From IMG/VR virus record IMGVR_UViG_2061766007_000627: 20,000 nucleotides of DNA, one strand, 5' to 3'. A model generated the notes under the pieces. That model had not been told where the DNA came from. It made no database searches and saw nothing but the letters and a program-made list of their open reading frames with translations. Source of the stretch: an uncultured virus (IMG/VR IMGVR_UViG_2061766007_000627) (Duplodnaviria; Heunggongvirae; Uroviricota; Caudoviricetes). Below, one piece after another: positions 7,897 through 16,801 of this stretch; the stretch's first letter is position 1, and every line of letters begins with the position of its first letter. The position numbers were made by a program, and so were the translations under genes.

Positions 7897-9399
7897 ATGT
7901 CACAGTATATTAACGAAGCATTTAAAAAGTTCAGGCTTCTGGAGGACTATGAAGAGTTTTCGTTATCTCCAGAAGGACTTGACAATTTAGGTTCTTTTAT
8001 GGGGCAAGCATTAGACGATGAATCAGTAGATGTTATTGATTTAGAAGCAGAAGCCCAAGAGGACTTAAAGAAGTCTTATGTAGGAAAAGTTATTTGCGAT
8101 TGCAACGTATGTCATTCCAACATTTTCTTCAATAAGGAAGATATTGTTATTGATGATGATGGTATTGTAAATGCAGAAGAGGAATGCCCATATTGTATGT
8201 CGAATGATGGTTATACAATTATTGGTGAAATCCAGGCATATGACCCAGGTCTTGAAACAGAAATTGATACTGAAGTTTCTGATGACGAACTCGCAGATGA
8301 GCCTATCGAGATTGAAGATGAGGAAGAAACTGAAGTAGTTGAAGAAGGACTTAAACTCGATGGAGTAAAATCATTAAGAGGAGTCAAAGGCTTAAAGAAA
8401 AGACCTGAAAAGGCTGGAGTAAAAGCAATCAGAGGTATCGGTGATTCCAAGATTAGTGGAACTACTTTAGAAGAATCCATTAGATACCAAGGACCTGGCT
8501 ACTATGATTTTTATTACATGCAAGATGATACTGACTATGTAGTTGGTTGGGATGAGCCGAGATGTATGTATTCTTGCGAAGTTGAAAGCGAAGACGAGTT
8601 TAACGATGAGGTAGATAAATACGCATATTTAAGGCGTGGTCAACAATACCTTGTTGATGTTAAATTAGACGAGTCTTGCAGTAAGAAGCATAAGAAAATC
8701 AAAGAGTCTATCGAAGATGTAACCATCAATACTGAAGATGAAACTATGACGATGACCACTAAAGAAGATGGTGGCGTTGTAGTTGAAACTTCCCCAAGAG
8801 AAGATGGTGAGTTCTATGATGATTTCGATATGGATGTAGAGTCAGATGATGTTGATATTTCCGATGATGTAGAAGCGGGTGATGAGATTATTGCTCCGCT
8901 TTCTGACGAAACAGAAGAAGAAATCATGGATAATTCTGAAGAGTCCGAGCCTGGGTTTGAAGAAGAAACTACAGAAGAAGAAACTTTTGAAGAAGAACCC
9001 GAAGGCGAAGATGTTGAAGTAGATGAGTTTGACGAAGAAACATTTGACGGACTTGGTGAGTCTTATTTGAGAAGATGCTATGAGAATGTCAAGGGTTATA
9101 AGACAACACAGGTTAGAGTAAATGAGAATCTTCTTAAAGTTGATGGCGTGATTACTTTTAAGAGTGGTGCGCAGAAGAAAACAAATTTCGTGTTTGAAGC
9201 AAAAGAGCAGAAGAACAAGAGATTTATCTTTGAGGGATACAATACTCAAATCAATAAGGGCAAGAGAGCATTTAGATTAAACTGCTCTATTCAAAATAAG
9301 AAAGTTATTCCTATGGCGTTAAAGTATAACTATTCTGGAAAGAATGCCCTTAACGAATCCGTTAAGTTAACAGGCGTTGTTAAGTCAAAGAGGAAATAG
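7897..9399 (+). CDS. large acidic modular protein with Zn-finger (CxCxxC...CPYC); possible prohead core/internal protein
   Basis: 500 aa, AAGGAG RBS. Contains CDCNVCH and CPYC, long D/E-rich tracts, and INEA, LLED, VEEG, LEES, LDES, IKES, LGES and LNES motifs. Confidence 0.65.
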   Translation: MSQYINEAFKKFRLLEDYEEFSLSPEGLDNLGSFMGQALDDESVDVIDLEAEAQEDLKKSYVGKVICDCNVCHSNIFFNKEDIVIDDDGIVNAEEECPYCMSNDGYTIIGEIQAYDPGLETEIDTEVSDDELADEPIEIEDEEETEVVEEGLKLDGVKSLRGVKGLKKRPEKAGVKAIRGIGDSKISGTTLEESIRYQGPGYYDFYYMQDDTDYVVGWDEPRCMYSCEVESEDEFNDEVDKYAYLRRGQQYLVDVKLDESCSKKHKKIKESIEDVTINTEDETMTMTTKEDGGVVVETSPREDGEFYDDFDMDVESDDVDISDDVEAGDEIIAPLSDETEEEIMDNSEESEPGFEEETTEEETFEEEPEGEDVEVDEFDEETFDGLGESYLRRCYENVKGYKTTQVRVNENLLKVDGVITFKSGAQKKTNFVFEAKEQKNKRFIFEGYNTQINKGKRAFRLNCSIQNKKVIPMALKYNYSGKNALNESVKLTGVVKSKRK

Positions 9400-9401
9400 A
9401 T

Positions 9402-10103
9402 ATGGCATCGGTTGAGTTTAAAGCCTTTATTACTAATTTAGGAAAATATAATGAGGGCGAATTAGTTGGTGAGTGGGTACGTTTTCCGATTAATGAAGCT
9501 AACTTTAATAGAATACTCAATCGCATCGGCATTGGACCTATGTATGAAGAGTGGTTTGTAACCGACTATGAGTGTAACTTAAACGGGTTTGACTGGCAAG
9601 AACTTGGAGAATATCCGAGTTATGAAGATTTGCAAGAGTTCGGTATGCTGACGCTTAACATTACAGATGTTGAAGCCGTAGACAATGCTTATGAAGTTAC
9701 GGGTAATCTAAAAGAAGCTATTGAGGGTTTAGACAACGGTGACCTTATTTTCCATAAGGGTATCAATACCAATCAAGATTGGGGATATTATATCGTAGAC
9801 GAAATCTATGGCGGTGTCGAAAATCTTGGTATAGATACCATTGAGCGTTTTTTCGATTATGAAGCATTAGGCAGAGAATTGAATTTCGATAACTATGGGG
9901 AAGATGATGAAGAAACTGCTGGTGAATACTGGTGCGGAGATGAAGATGCTTCCGACACAGAGATAGGCGAAGCCTATGTAGAAAATGTTGGTATCGCTGG
10001 TGTTGCTAATCCCGAAAATTACTTCGATTATGAAGAATTTGGTCGTGATAACGCATCTGACGGAATGTTCACAAAAGACGGTTTTGTAGAGGATATAAGA
10101 TGA
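9402..10103 (+). CDS. ardA: ArdA-family anti-restriction (DNA-mimic) protein
   Basis: Hallmark motifs FITNLGKYNEGELVGEWV.FP, EEWFVTDYE, LGEYPS and FDYEALGR. Highly acidic. Confidence 0.9.
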   Translation: MASVEFKAFITNLGKYNEGELVGEWVRFPINEANFNRILNRIGIGPMYEEWFVTDYECNLNGFDWQELGEYPSYEDLQEFGMLTLNITDVEAVDNAYEVTGNLKEAIEGLDNGDLIFHKGINTNQDWGYYIVDEIYGGVENLGIDTIERFFDYEALGRELNFDNYGEDDEETAGEYWCGDEDASDTEIGEAYVENVGIAGVANPENYFDYEEFGRDNASDGMFTKDGFVEDIR

Positions 10104-11491
10104 GTGTAAAATTACAAGAGCAATTTTTACAAGCATTCTATGAAGATTTCGATACTTCAGAATCCGATATTATAAAGCAAGCAAAAGAAAACGGCTATTT
10201 TGCTGATATGCTTTCTTCTCTGAAAGATGGCAAAGTAGAGTACAATGAGAAGAAAAATCAGTGGGAATATTTAAGACCCGATAGGTCTGGCAGAGATTTC
10301 TATACTAATATTCCTATCTGGTATATCACAGATGAAGAGAGAGATGATTTAGCTGACTGGCTTATTTATGATAGCGGTATTGAATATTATAACTGGAATG
10401 CCGATATAGCAGAAGTACAAGAACTTCTGTCGGAAGATAACACTTTAATTGATTGTTTATTTGATGCTTTAGATTCAGAAGCCCCTTTAGATGAGGGTGT
10501 GCTTTCAGACCTTATGGATAAGCGTTTTAATGTTGTTTATAAGGGTCGTGGGTTAGATAAGAAGGTAGATGAACTTGTTGACAAATACCCAGAACTATTT
10601 ACAAGCAAGGCATATGATTCAAACTCAAAAGAATATGTAGAAGAAGGTCTTATTCGTTCCTATGAGTATAACGATGGCGTGTCTGACATACGTAATCAAG
10701 TTGCACAAGGAAAAATGAGTAAAGAAGAGGGTGAAAACAATCTTCGCTGGATGGACAGAATGCTTGACGAATCAAAACTTAACGAGGGCAATTGGAACTA
10801 CACGCTCAAATCGGGAGTAGCATTAAGAAATGCTATTGACTCGGAAGATGTAGATGAAATATTAACACAATTGCATAATGCTTATGATGAGTTACATTCC
10901 GTAGGTATCATTGATGATTTGGATTTCTCACGTGCGGTTGATGACCTTGACGATGTAGAACTTGCAGATGACATTGAAGACGCAATAGATTTTGAACTTA
11001 CGAATCTCTATGATTTATGTGATAACCTTAATGTCTGGGTTGCAGTAAATAGTATTGATGAGTGCGCATCTTTAGATGAAGAGTTAGTTTATGACGATGA
11101 TACAGGAGATACGTATGACATACAACCAGAACCAGGCGATTTTCGTTATGATTCTGTAAAAGATTGGTACTTAAATGCGTATCCAGATGATGAATTGGGC
11201 AACGAAATTAACCCTGATGTCAATTTTCAATCGTTACTTGTTACAATACAATTGAATAGAGGCGATGTTTACGATTTGCTCGGTGTACATGATTCTACAA
11301 TCAGAGAGCGTGTGTTTGCAAAAGCATCAGAATTATTAAGTACACTTACAAAACATCCGCTGGACAGGTTATACACTGTGTGGGCTAATATGTCAACGTA
11401 TGACCAAGATTTAGCAGATTATCAAAAAGGGATTTTATCTTTTGACGAGTTTTCCGAAAAGCACCGTTTTTACAGCCCACGGGAAAAATAA
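10100..11491 (+). CDS. acidic multi-module hypothetical protein (463 aa)
   Basis: Overlaps the ardA stop (ATGA). Several small modules are separated by LDEG, VEEG, LDES, LNEG and LDEE. Confidence 0.7.
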   Translation: MSVKLQEQFLQAFYEDFDTSESDIIKQAKENGYFADMLSSLKDGKVEYNEKKNQWEYLRPDRSGRDFYTNIPIWYITDEERDDLADWLIYDSGIEYYNWNADIAEVQELLSEDNTLIDCLFDALDSEAPLDEGVLSDLMDKRFNVVYKGRGLDKKVDELVDKYPELFTSKAYDSNSKEYVEEGLIRSYEYNDGVSDIRNQVAQGKMSKEEGENNLRWMDRMLDESKLNEGNWNYTLKSGVALRNAIDSEDVDEILTQLHNAYDELHSVGIIDDLDFSRAVDDLDDVELADDIEDAIDFELTNLYDLCDNLNVWVAVNSIDECASLDEELVYDDDTGDTYDIQPEPGDFRYDSVKDWYLNAYPDDELGNEINPDVNFQSLLVTIQLNRGDVYDLLGVHDSTIRERVFAKASELLSTLTKHPLDRLYTVWANMSTYDQDLADYQKGILSFDEFSEKHRFYSPREK

Positions 11492-11497
11492 TAAGGA

Positions 11498-12079
11498 ATG
11501 CGCATGGACCAAAATAAGTACGGCAGATTATTACATCCTGAAATAAGAATACACAGGCAGTACTTCAGAGAAATGTGCCGTCTTATTGGTATATATGTGC
11601 TATATCGTGCGCCGAAAGATGATAAGCATTACACGACTTATGGCGAGATAGATGCACATTATGAAGAGCCTAAACTTATAGGGTGTATATTCGATGAACA
11701 CCCAACTCAGCAAACATTAAAGAAGATGGGTTGGATGTCAGAACTAGATAGCGGTTCTTCTATCATTCATGTTGATTATGATTTAGAAGGATTGCAACAA
11801 GGAGCTTTATTCATAGTCCCAAGTGGTTTGGATGATGGGAAAGGCAGATTATTTAGGGTAGTAAAACTTACTAATTCAATTGTTTACCCCGCATCTATTA
11901 CCTGTGAGATTGTGCCTGAATATATAGATAACTTCAATGAGGTGACCGATTATGGTGCTAACTTAGATGATTTGAATATTTTAGGGGGTGAAGTTCCAGG
12001 ACCAGTTATTCCTATGGATGAAGTCGAGTTAGAGTTGAATATAGAAGATTATGAACATACTAATTCCTCTCGAATCTAA
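11498..12079 (+). CDS. neck/head-completion protein (T4 gp14-like)
   Basis: Pattern EM.RLIGIYVLYRAP...YGE...Y..P..I...F......LKKMGW resembles gp14-like proteins. Position is between the gp13-like and gp15-like genes. Confidence 0.55.
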   Translation: MRMDQNKYGRLLHPEIRIHRQYFREMCRLIGIYVLYRAPKDDKHYTTYGEIDAHYEEPKLIGCIFDEHPTQQTLKKMGWMSELDSGSSIIHVDYDLEGLQQGALFIVPSGLDDGKGRLFRVVKLTNSIVYPASITCEIVPEYIDNFNEVTDYGANLDDLNILGGEVPGPVIPMDEVELELNIEDYEHTNSSRI

Positions 12080-12458
12080 TGCAGATTTTGTTGCTAAACT
12101 TATTGATAAGTTTGTTCGTGACATTAAGCTCAAACTTCTTATAGTAGACTTTCGACTATTAGATTTATGGATACGTGTGGAATTTGGATTTAGTTCTGCT
12201 GTATCGTGTAAAGAAATTATTGAGTATGCGCTTAAACATATTGAAGTGATAACAACGCAAACGCATTACAAAATAGAAATAAATCCTATAACATATTACC
12301 CAGGCACATCAACCAGACTGATAACCTTACTCAAGACGATTAATTATGGGACACGGCATTTTCGGGGTATACCGATAATTGCTGATGAGTGTAAGTTATT
12401 GAATAATAATTTAGATAATTTGTACGCACAGTATGAATTTATGGGAATGGTAATTTAA
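12051..12458 (+). CDS. hypothetical protein, possible neck/tail-completion component
   Basis: 135 aa. The INYGTRHFRG.P motif recalls the EYGT motif of HK97 gp10-like proteins. Overlaps both neighbouring genes. Confidence 0.45.
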   Translation: MNILIPLESNADFVAKLIDKFVRDIKLKLLIVDFRLLDLWIRVEFGFSSAVSCKEIIEYALKHIEVITTQTHYKIEINPITYYPGTSTRLITLLKTINYGTRHFRGIPIIADECKLLNNNLDNLYAQYEFMGMVI

Positions 12459-13177
12459 TGGCAACATATTTATACGATGAAGCATTACTGCATAAGATAA
12501 AGGGGTGGACGCATACGACCAAGATAACTGTTCTTGGCGTTAATGAAACTACTCGTTTATTTGAGCAGTTAGGTGATGAAAACAATGATGAGCCAATAAA
12601 GTTGCCGCTGATTGCTATTAGCCGAAATAGAGGTTATAGCATAATCAATGGCGGCACAGGCAAGCGTATGATGAGTTATGAAGGTGTTTCTTATGATAGA
12701 AATATCTATAATGAGGGTACGGAAGATGCCTACACGACTACTGGTTCTATAAGTGCTATTCCTATTTCAATTTCTTACCAATTAGATGTCTACACGAGAT
12801 TTGCAAAAGAAGCAGATGTCTTGATGAGAAATCTGATTTTCAACATAGTTAATTATCCCATGTTTGAAATAGAAATTCCTACAGCACATATAAAGCACAC
12901 AGCAAGATTTGTTTTGAGCGATAATGTTGAAGATAACTCTGATGTGCCAGAAAGATTTGTTGCAGGAAATTTTACAAGATTATCAGTAATACTTACTGTT
13001 GATGATGCTTATTTGTGGGACGTTAGAGAACTCCGTGATACGGCTATTGATGTTATTTTAGATGATTCAAATGAACCTTGGGTATGGAATGAAGATGGAA
13101 CAAAAGTGGAGTTTCCTGACTTATCACAGATGCAACATTTCACAATTCCTGACCCAACAACTCTTAAACTAGAATAA
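12458..13177 (+). CDS. tail terminator / sheath stabiliser (T4 gp15-like)
   Basis: IKLPLIAISR and PISISYQLDVYTR...D.LM motifs. Immediately upstream of the sheath gene. Confidence 0.7.
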   Translation: MATYLYDEALLHKIKGWTHTTKITVLGVNETTRLFEQLGDENNDEPIKLPLIAISRNRGYSIINGGTGKRMMSYEGVSYDRNIYNEGTEDAYTTTGSISAIPISISYQLDVYTRFAKEADVLMRNLIFNIVNYPMFEIEIPTAHIKHTARFVLSDNVEDNSDVPERFVAGNFTRLSVILTVDDAYLWDVRELRDTAIDVILDDSNEPWVWNEDGTKVEFPDLSQMQHFTIPDPTTLKLE

Positions 13178-13190
13178 GGAGAAAAGTTTA

Positions 13191-15149
13191 ATGCAAAGAA
13201 TTATAATCAGAGAGCAGGATTTAACATCGAATGTGGAAGGTCTTTCTTCTTATGATGTAGCATATGTTCCTGGATTCAGAGCGATTGATAACACAAATAA
13301 TGATGACTATTACAGAAAGCCAACATTATTCACAAATAGGTATGCGTTTCAATCTGCGATAGGTGGTAGCACAAACAATGTATCTCTTCCGATATTTGCA
13401 GATGCGCAACCTTATCCAGTATGGACAGAGGGAACAACTGCTGGATTTACTCCGAGAGCAATTCCAATGGATAGCAATGCTAATGCAATTCCTATGTTTA
13501 ATGCAAATGAAGTAGACTTAGGATATAGAATTGCTTTATATCTTCTGTCTATGGGTATTCCTGTTTATTACGAAGTAATGAACAATGCTGGTGCAGACAC
13601 AGAATATTCAACTACATATACATATACAAAAGTAGACACAACAAAGAATTTATTTAATTCAGGTGTGACTTATTATACATATAGTGGTTCTTCTTCGTCT
13701 GTAACTACTGCCGTCACAAAGTCAGAAACCATTTCGCAAGAGGTAAATATTGACAAAGATACTTTTGCAAATGCTGTTTCTATGGCAGGGGGNNNNNNNN
13801 NNNNNNNNNNNNNNNNAACTGTAGACGCTTCGACTGTTGTTGAATGGACGCTTAATGAAAATCCAGTAACATTAGAAGCATATGGGCTTTCGATTGCAGA
13901 GGGATTTACACCTGTTGCAAGCACCGAGTATACGATTACAGTAGTTTTAACTGTTCCGAGTACAGATGTTGTTACAGAAACCGTTGAGCCTGGTTCGGCA
14001 ACTTCCAACTTTGTTGCTACTAATACTTCAACTTCAAAGATGAATGGCTTTGTCGCTGGTGTAAATTATTATACAATGGTCAGGTCAGAAGTCCGTCCGA
14101 TTTCTGTTGAATCTATGTATGATGGACTTAAAGCAAGATTTATTGACTCTCCGGGAATTGTTGAATCTTCATTTGATTCCGTTGGTGACTATTCTGTTAA
14201 ATATATTACATCTGGTGGTTATCCGACATTTGAATATGCTTCACCTGCTGATGCAAATGTGTTCTCGTTAATGCAAGGAATGATTGATATGGCGGCACGC
14301 AGAGGTGACGCAGTTGCACTTATCGACCACACAAATAATCCTGACAGAGATTTATATCCGTCAACGATTGGCGGTTCTGGTGATTCTGTTATTGATATTG
14401 TTAGAACAGCTTGTGCGAATATTGACAATGCTTCCTATGGTGCTATGTTTACTCCGTGGTACTTATGCTCAAGCGGTGCCATTTCAGAATATCCAGATAA
14501 CAGTTCTACGCAAGCCGCAGTTCCTGCTTCTGTCGGATATTTATCTGCACTTGCTGTACAAATCAGAGATTACAATCCATGGCTTGCAGTATCTGGCGTA
14601 ACAAGAGGAAGAGTTCCTAATCTTACAGTTTCTGGAGATTTACATACTGTTCAGATGCTTACAAACAATATCGCAGATAGTTATCAGACACTTCCGATTG
14701 ATTCTGAAATTGCACAGGTATCAATTAACCCAATTACATATATCAGAAACGTAGGTTACTGCGTATGGGGCAACAGAACATTAAAGAATAATGGCGGTGG
14801 AACATCTGCATTATCATTCCTCAATATCAGAGGTGTTGTATCAGATGTTAAGAAACTTATTTACGAGGCATCACAGAATAATCTGTTCGAGCAGAATACT
14901 GATATTACTTGGATAAACTTCAAATCAGTTCTTACTCCGTTACTCGACAGAATGACTGCTAATTATATTCTGCAAGATTACTCAATCGTTAGATACTTAA
15001 TTGACCCAGAAACTGGCGACCCAGTTCCTGCATATAAAGTACTTGCAGTTATTAAGATTCAGCCGATTAACTCGATTGAGGTATTCGATTTAACAGTTCA
15101 GTTAGAGAACGCTGATGTATTCGTAATAGAGCCAAGAATTAATGGTTAA
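13191..15149 (+). CDS. contractile tail sheath protein (gp18-like), contains N-gap 13793-13816
   Basis: N-terminal IIIREQD, then RGDAVALID, YGAMFTPW, PWLAVSGVTRG, INPI, VWGNRTL, LSFLNIR, LFEQN and IQPINSIE, typical of sheath C-terminal domains. Confidence 0.92.
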   Translation: MQRIIIREQDLTSNVEGLSSYDVAYVPGFRAIDNTNNDDYYRKPTLFTNRYAFQSAIGGSTNNVSLPIFADAQPYPVWTEGTTAGFTPRAIPMDSNANAIPMFNANEVDLGYRIALYLLSMGIPVYYEVMNNAGADTEYSTTYTYTKVDTTKNLFNSGVTYYTYSGSSSSVTTAVTKSETISQEVNIDKDTFANAVSMAGXXXXXXXXXTVDASTVVEWTLNENPVTLEAYGLSIAEGFTPVASTEYTITVVLTVPSTDVVTETVEPGSATSNFVATNTSTSKMNGFVAGVNYYTMVRSEVRPISVESMYDGLKARFIDSPGIVESSFDSVGDYSVKYITSGGYPTFEYASPADANVFSLMQGMIDMAARRGDAVALIDHTNNPDRDLYPSTIGGSGDSVIDIVRTACANIDNASYGAMFTPWYLCSSGAISEYPDNSSTQAAVPASVGYLSALAVQIRDYNPWLAVSGVTRGRVPNLTVSGDLHTVQMLTNNIADSYQTLPIDSEIAQVSINPITYIRNVGYCVWGNRTLKNNGGGTSALSFLNIRGVVSDVKKLIYEASQNNLFEQNTDITWINFKSVLTPLLDRMTANYILQDYSIVRYLIDPETGDPVPAYKVLAVIKIQPINSIEVFDLTVQLENADVFVIEPRING

Positions 15150-15162
15150 GAAAGGATAAATT

Positions 15163-15747
15163 ATGGCACAGAAAGCACAACCAACAAGTGTAGGTTCGTA
15201 TCATTTTTCAGCTAACAAGTCAGTTTACGAAATTCAAAGAGGTAATAACTTTGAGTTCGTCATTGATGCCGCTCTGAATAATGTTTCAGCCTATGGTGCA
15301 GAAACAAAAACATTCCCTAATGCACAGGAATACATAAGATTATCCGTATCTTCCACTTCTGTTCCTCACTATGAACAGTCAGTAATCGAGGTCAGAAGAG
15401 GTAATACGGCAGTTAAGTATGCTGGCCCGATGTCGTGGCCTTCTGGAACACTTCAATGCTATGACTTTATCGGTGCAGAAACATTAGATATTCTCATGGC
15501 ATGGCAAGCACAGTCTGGAAATCCATTATATCAAACTGTCGGACAGCAAGCAGAATATAAGAAGAACGCAACTCTTATGGAGTACACTCCTGACTATTCT
15601 GAAGTTGTCAGAGTATGGCAGTTAGATGGTTGCTGGATTTCAGGAATTTCTGAGCAGGAGTTCTCTCAAGATTCTGGAAATAGTACACGTATAATCAACT
15701 GCACTATTCAGTATGACAGAGCTTATGTTTCTTCTTATGGAGCATAA
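15163..15747 (+). CDS. tail tube protein (gp19-like)
   Basis: NNFEFVI, VKYAG...W, YKKNATL..Y, WQLDGCWI and CTIQYD motifs. 194 aa, directly after the sheath gene. Confidence 0.88.
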   Translation: MAQKAQPTSVGSYHFSANKSVYEIQRGNNFEFVIDAALNNVSAYGAETKTFPNAQEYIRLSVSSTSVPHYEQSVIEVRRGNTAVKYAGPMSWPSGTLQCYDFIGAETLDILMAWQAQSGNPLYQTVGQQAEYKKNATLMEYTPDYSEVVRVWQLDGCWISGISEQEFSQDSGNSTRIINCTIQYDRAYVSSYGA

Positions 15748-15770
15748 TTAGTACGGATATAGTTTATTAC

Positions 15771-15800
15771 AGGGAAGGTATTATATAATATGCCTTCCCT
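15771..15800. other. intergenic stem-loop after tail tube gene
   Basis: AGGGAAGGTAT / ATGCCTTCCCT forms an 11-bp stem (one G-U). There is no U-tract on the + strand. Confidence 0.6.
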
Positions 15801-15825
15801 AAATCTGCAAGAAAGAGAGAATACA

Positions 15826-16773
15826 ATGGCAAATTTAATTGTAGAAAGTTTATATGAAAAGTATGGTGCTGAAGAATTAACTGAAGCAAGAAATCCAGAG
15901 AATGATGAAGTTAATGCCGTTATCAGAAAATGGGCTAATTCAGATAGAAACAGGTTATCTAAAAAGGACCAAGATATTTTAGATAAGAATGGGTTATCCT
16001 TGGAAGATGATGCTTGGAGGAAAGGCTCAAAGCGTATTGCTGGTCCTGTATATAATAAAGATAATGAAGCTCATTATATTATGACTAAAGACCATGTAAA
16101 AAGGACACATCCAGATTATGACTTAAAAGGTCACCTTTCAAAGAAACCGCAGTCATATAATGATACAGAAGTTCCGATTGCTTCGTGGAATTCTTCTTAT
16201 GTTAAAGCTAATAAAGATGACCCCCATACTGTAATGAATGCGCATTATAGAAAAGATGCTGAACAAAAGATGTCCCCCAATCAATTTAAGTCCTTACAGC
16301 CTTATGCAGATGAAAAAAAGGCATTTAGACAAAATAAAGAGGATTCTAAGTATGCTTCTAAACGTGCGAAAGAGTTACAAGCACGAGCAAAGGATAACTT
16401 TAACTATGCTGTGCAGAATTATGATAGGGATATGAGTTATGCGTTTGATTGGGAAAATGATGCCGCAAACTATAAAAAGGATGCTAATCGTGCAGTACAA
16501 CAAGCAAAAGAAAAGCACGCCGCTAAAAAGAAAAATGAGTCTTTAACAGAAGCAAGAAATCCTGGGGATAAGGATTTACAGAAAGTAATTATCAAAGCTG
16601 TTGACAATATGCTGTCTGCTATGGTGGACATAAGTGAAATATGGGAGCAACTTTCAGATAATGACCAATTTAATAAGTGGCTTGAGTATAAATACCCATT
16701 TGATAAATCATTTGATGACCAGCTTGTTGATGTATGGTCTTGGAGAGATGCTTTGCTCGATAATGAAAAATAA
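15826..16773 (+). CDS. modular hypothetical protein (EARNP family); possible internal head protein
   Basis: ATG 15826 is preferred because the upstream ATG 15790 lies inside the hairpin. Contains IVESLYEKY, LTEARNP twice and KNESL. Paralogous to 18526..19843. Confidence 0.75.
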   Translation: MANLIVESLYEKYGAEELTEARNPENDEVNAVIRKWANSDRNRLSKKDQDILDKNGLSLEDDAWRKGSKRIAGPVYNKDNEAHYIMTKDHVKRTHPDYDLKGHLSKKPQSYNDTEVPIASWNSSYVKANKDDPHTVMNAHYRKDAEQKMSPNQFKSLQPYADEKKAFRQNKEDSKYASKRAKELQARAKDNFNYAVQNYDRDMSYAFDWENDAANYKKDANRAVQQAKEKHAAKKKNESLTEARNPGDKDLQKVIIKAVDNMLSAMVDISEIWEQLSDNDQFNKWLEYKYPFDKSFDDQLVDVWSWRDALLDNEK

Positions 16774-16801
16774 ATCTATATCATCAAAATAAGAGATTGT
16801 A

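Noticed and set aside
6006..10322. 16-bp match AATATTCCTATCTGGT at 6006 and 10307 (NIPIW)
   Set aside because: No flanking similarity. One such match in AT-rich, codon-biased sequence could be chance.
7091..13220. LLES in the gp13-like protein and IREQ in the sheath as cleavage leaders
   Set aside because: They fall within family-typical structural motifs and illustrate the background rate of xxE matches, so they were not counted.
13191..15747. Bacterial contractile injection system (eCIS/T6SS/tailocin)
   Set aside because: T4-like neck genes, ArdA and phage-like small ORFs, with no host genes, favour a genuine large phage.
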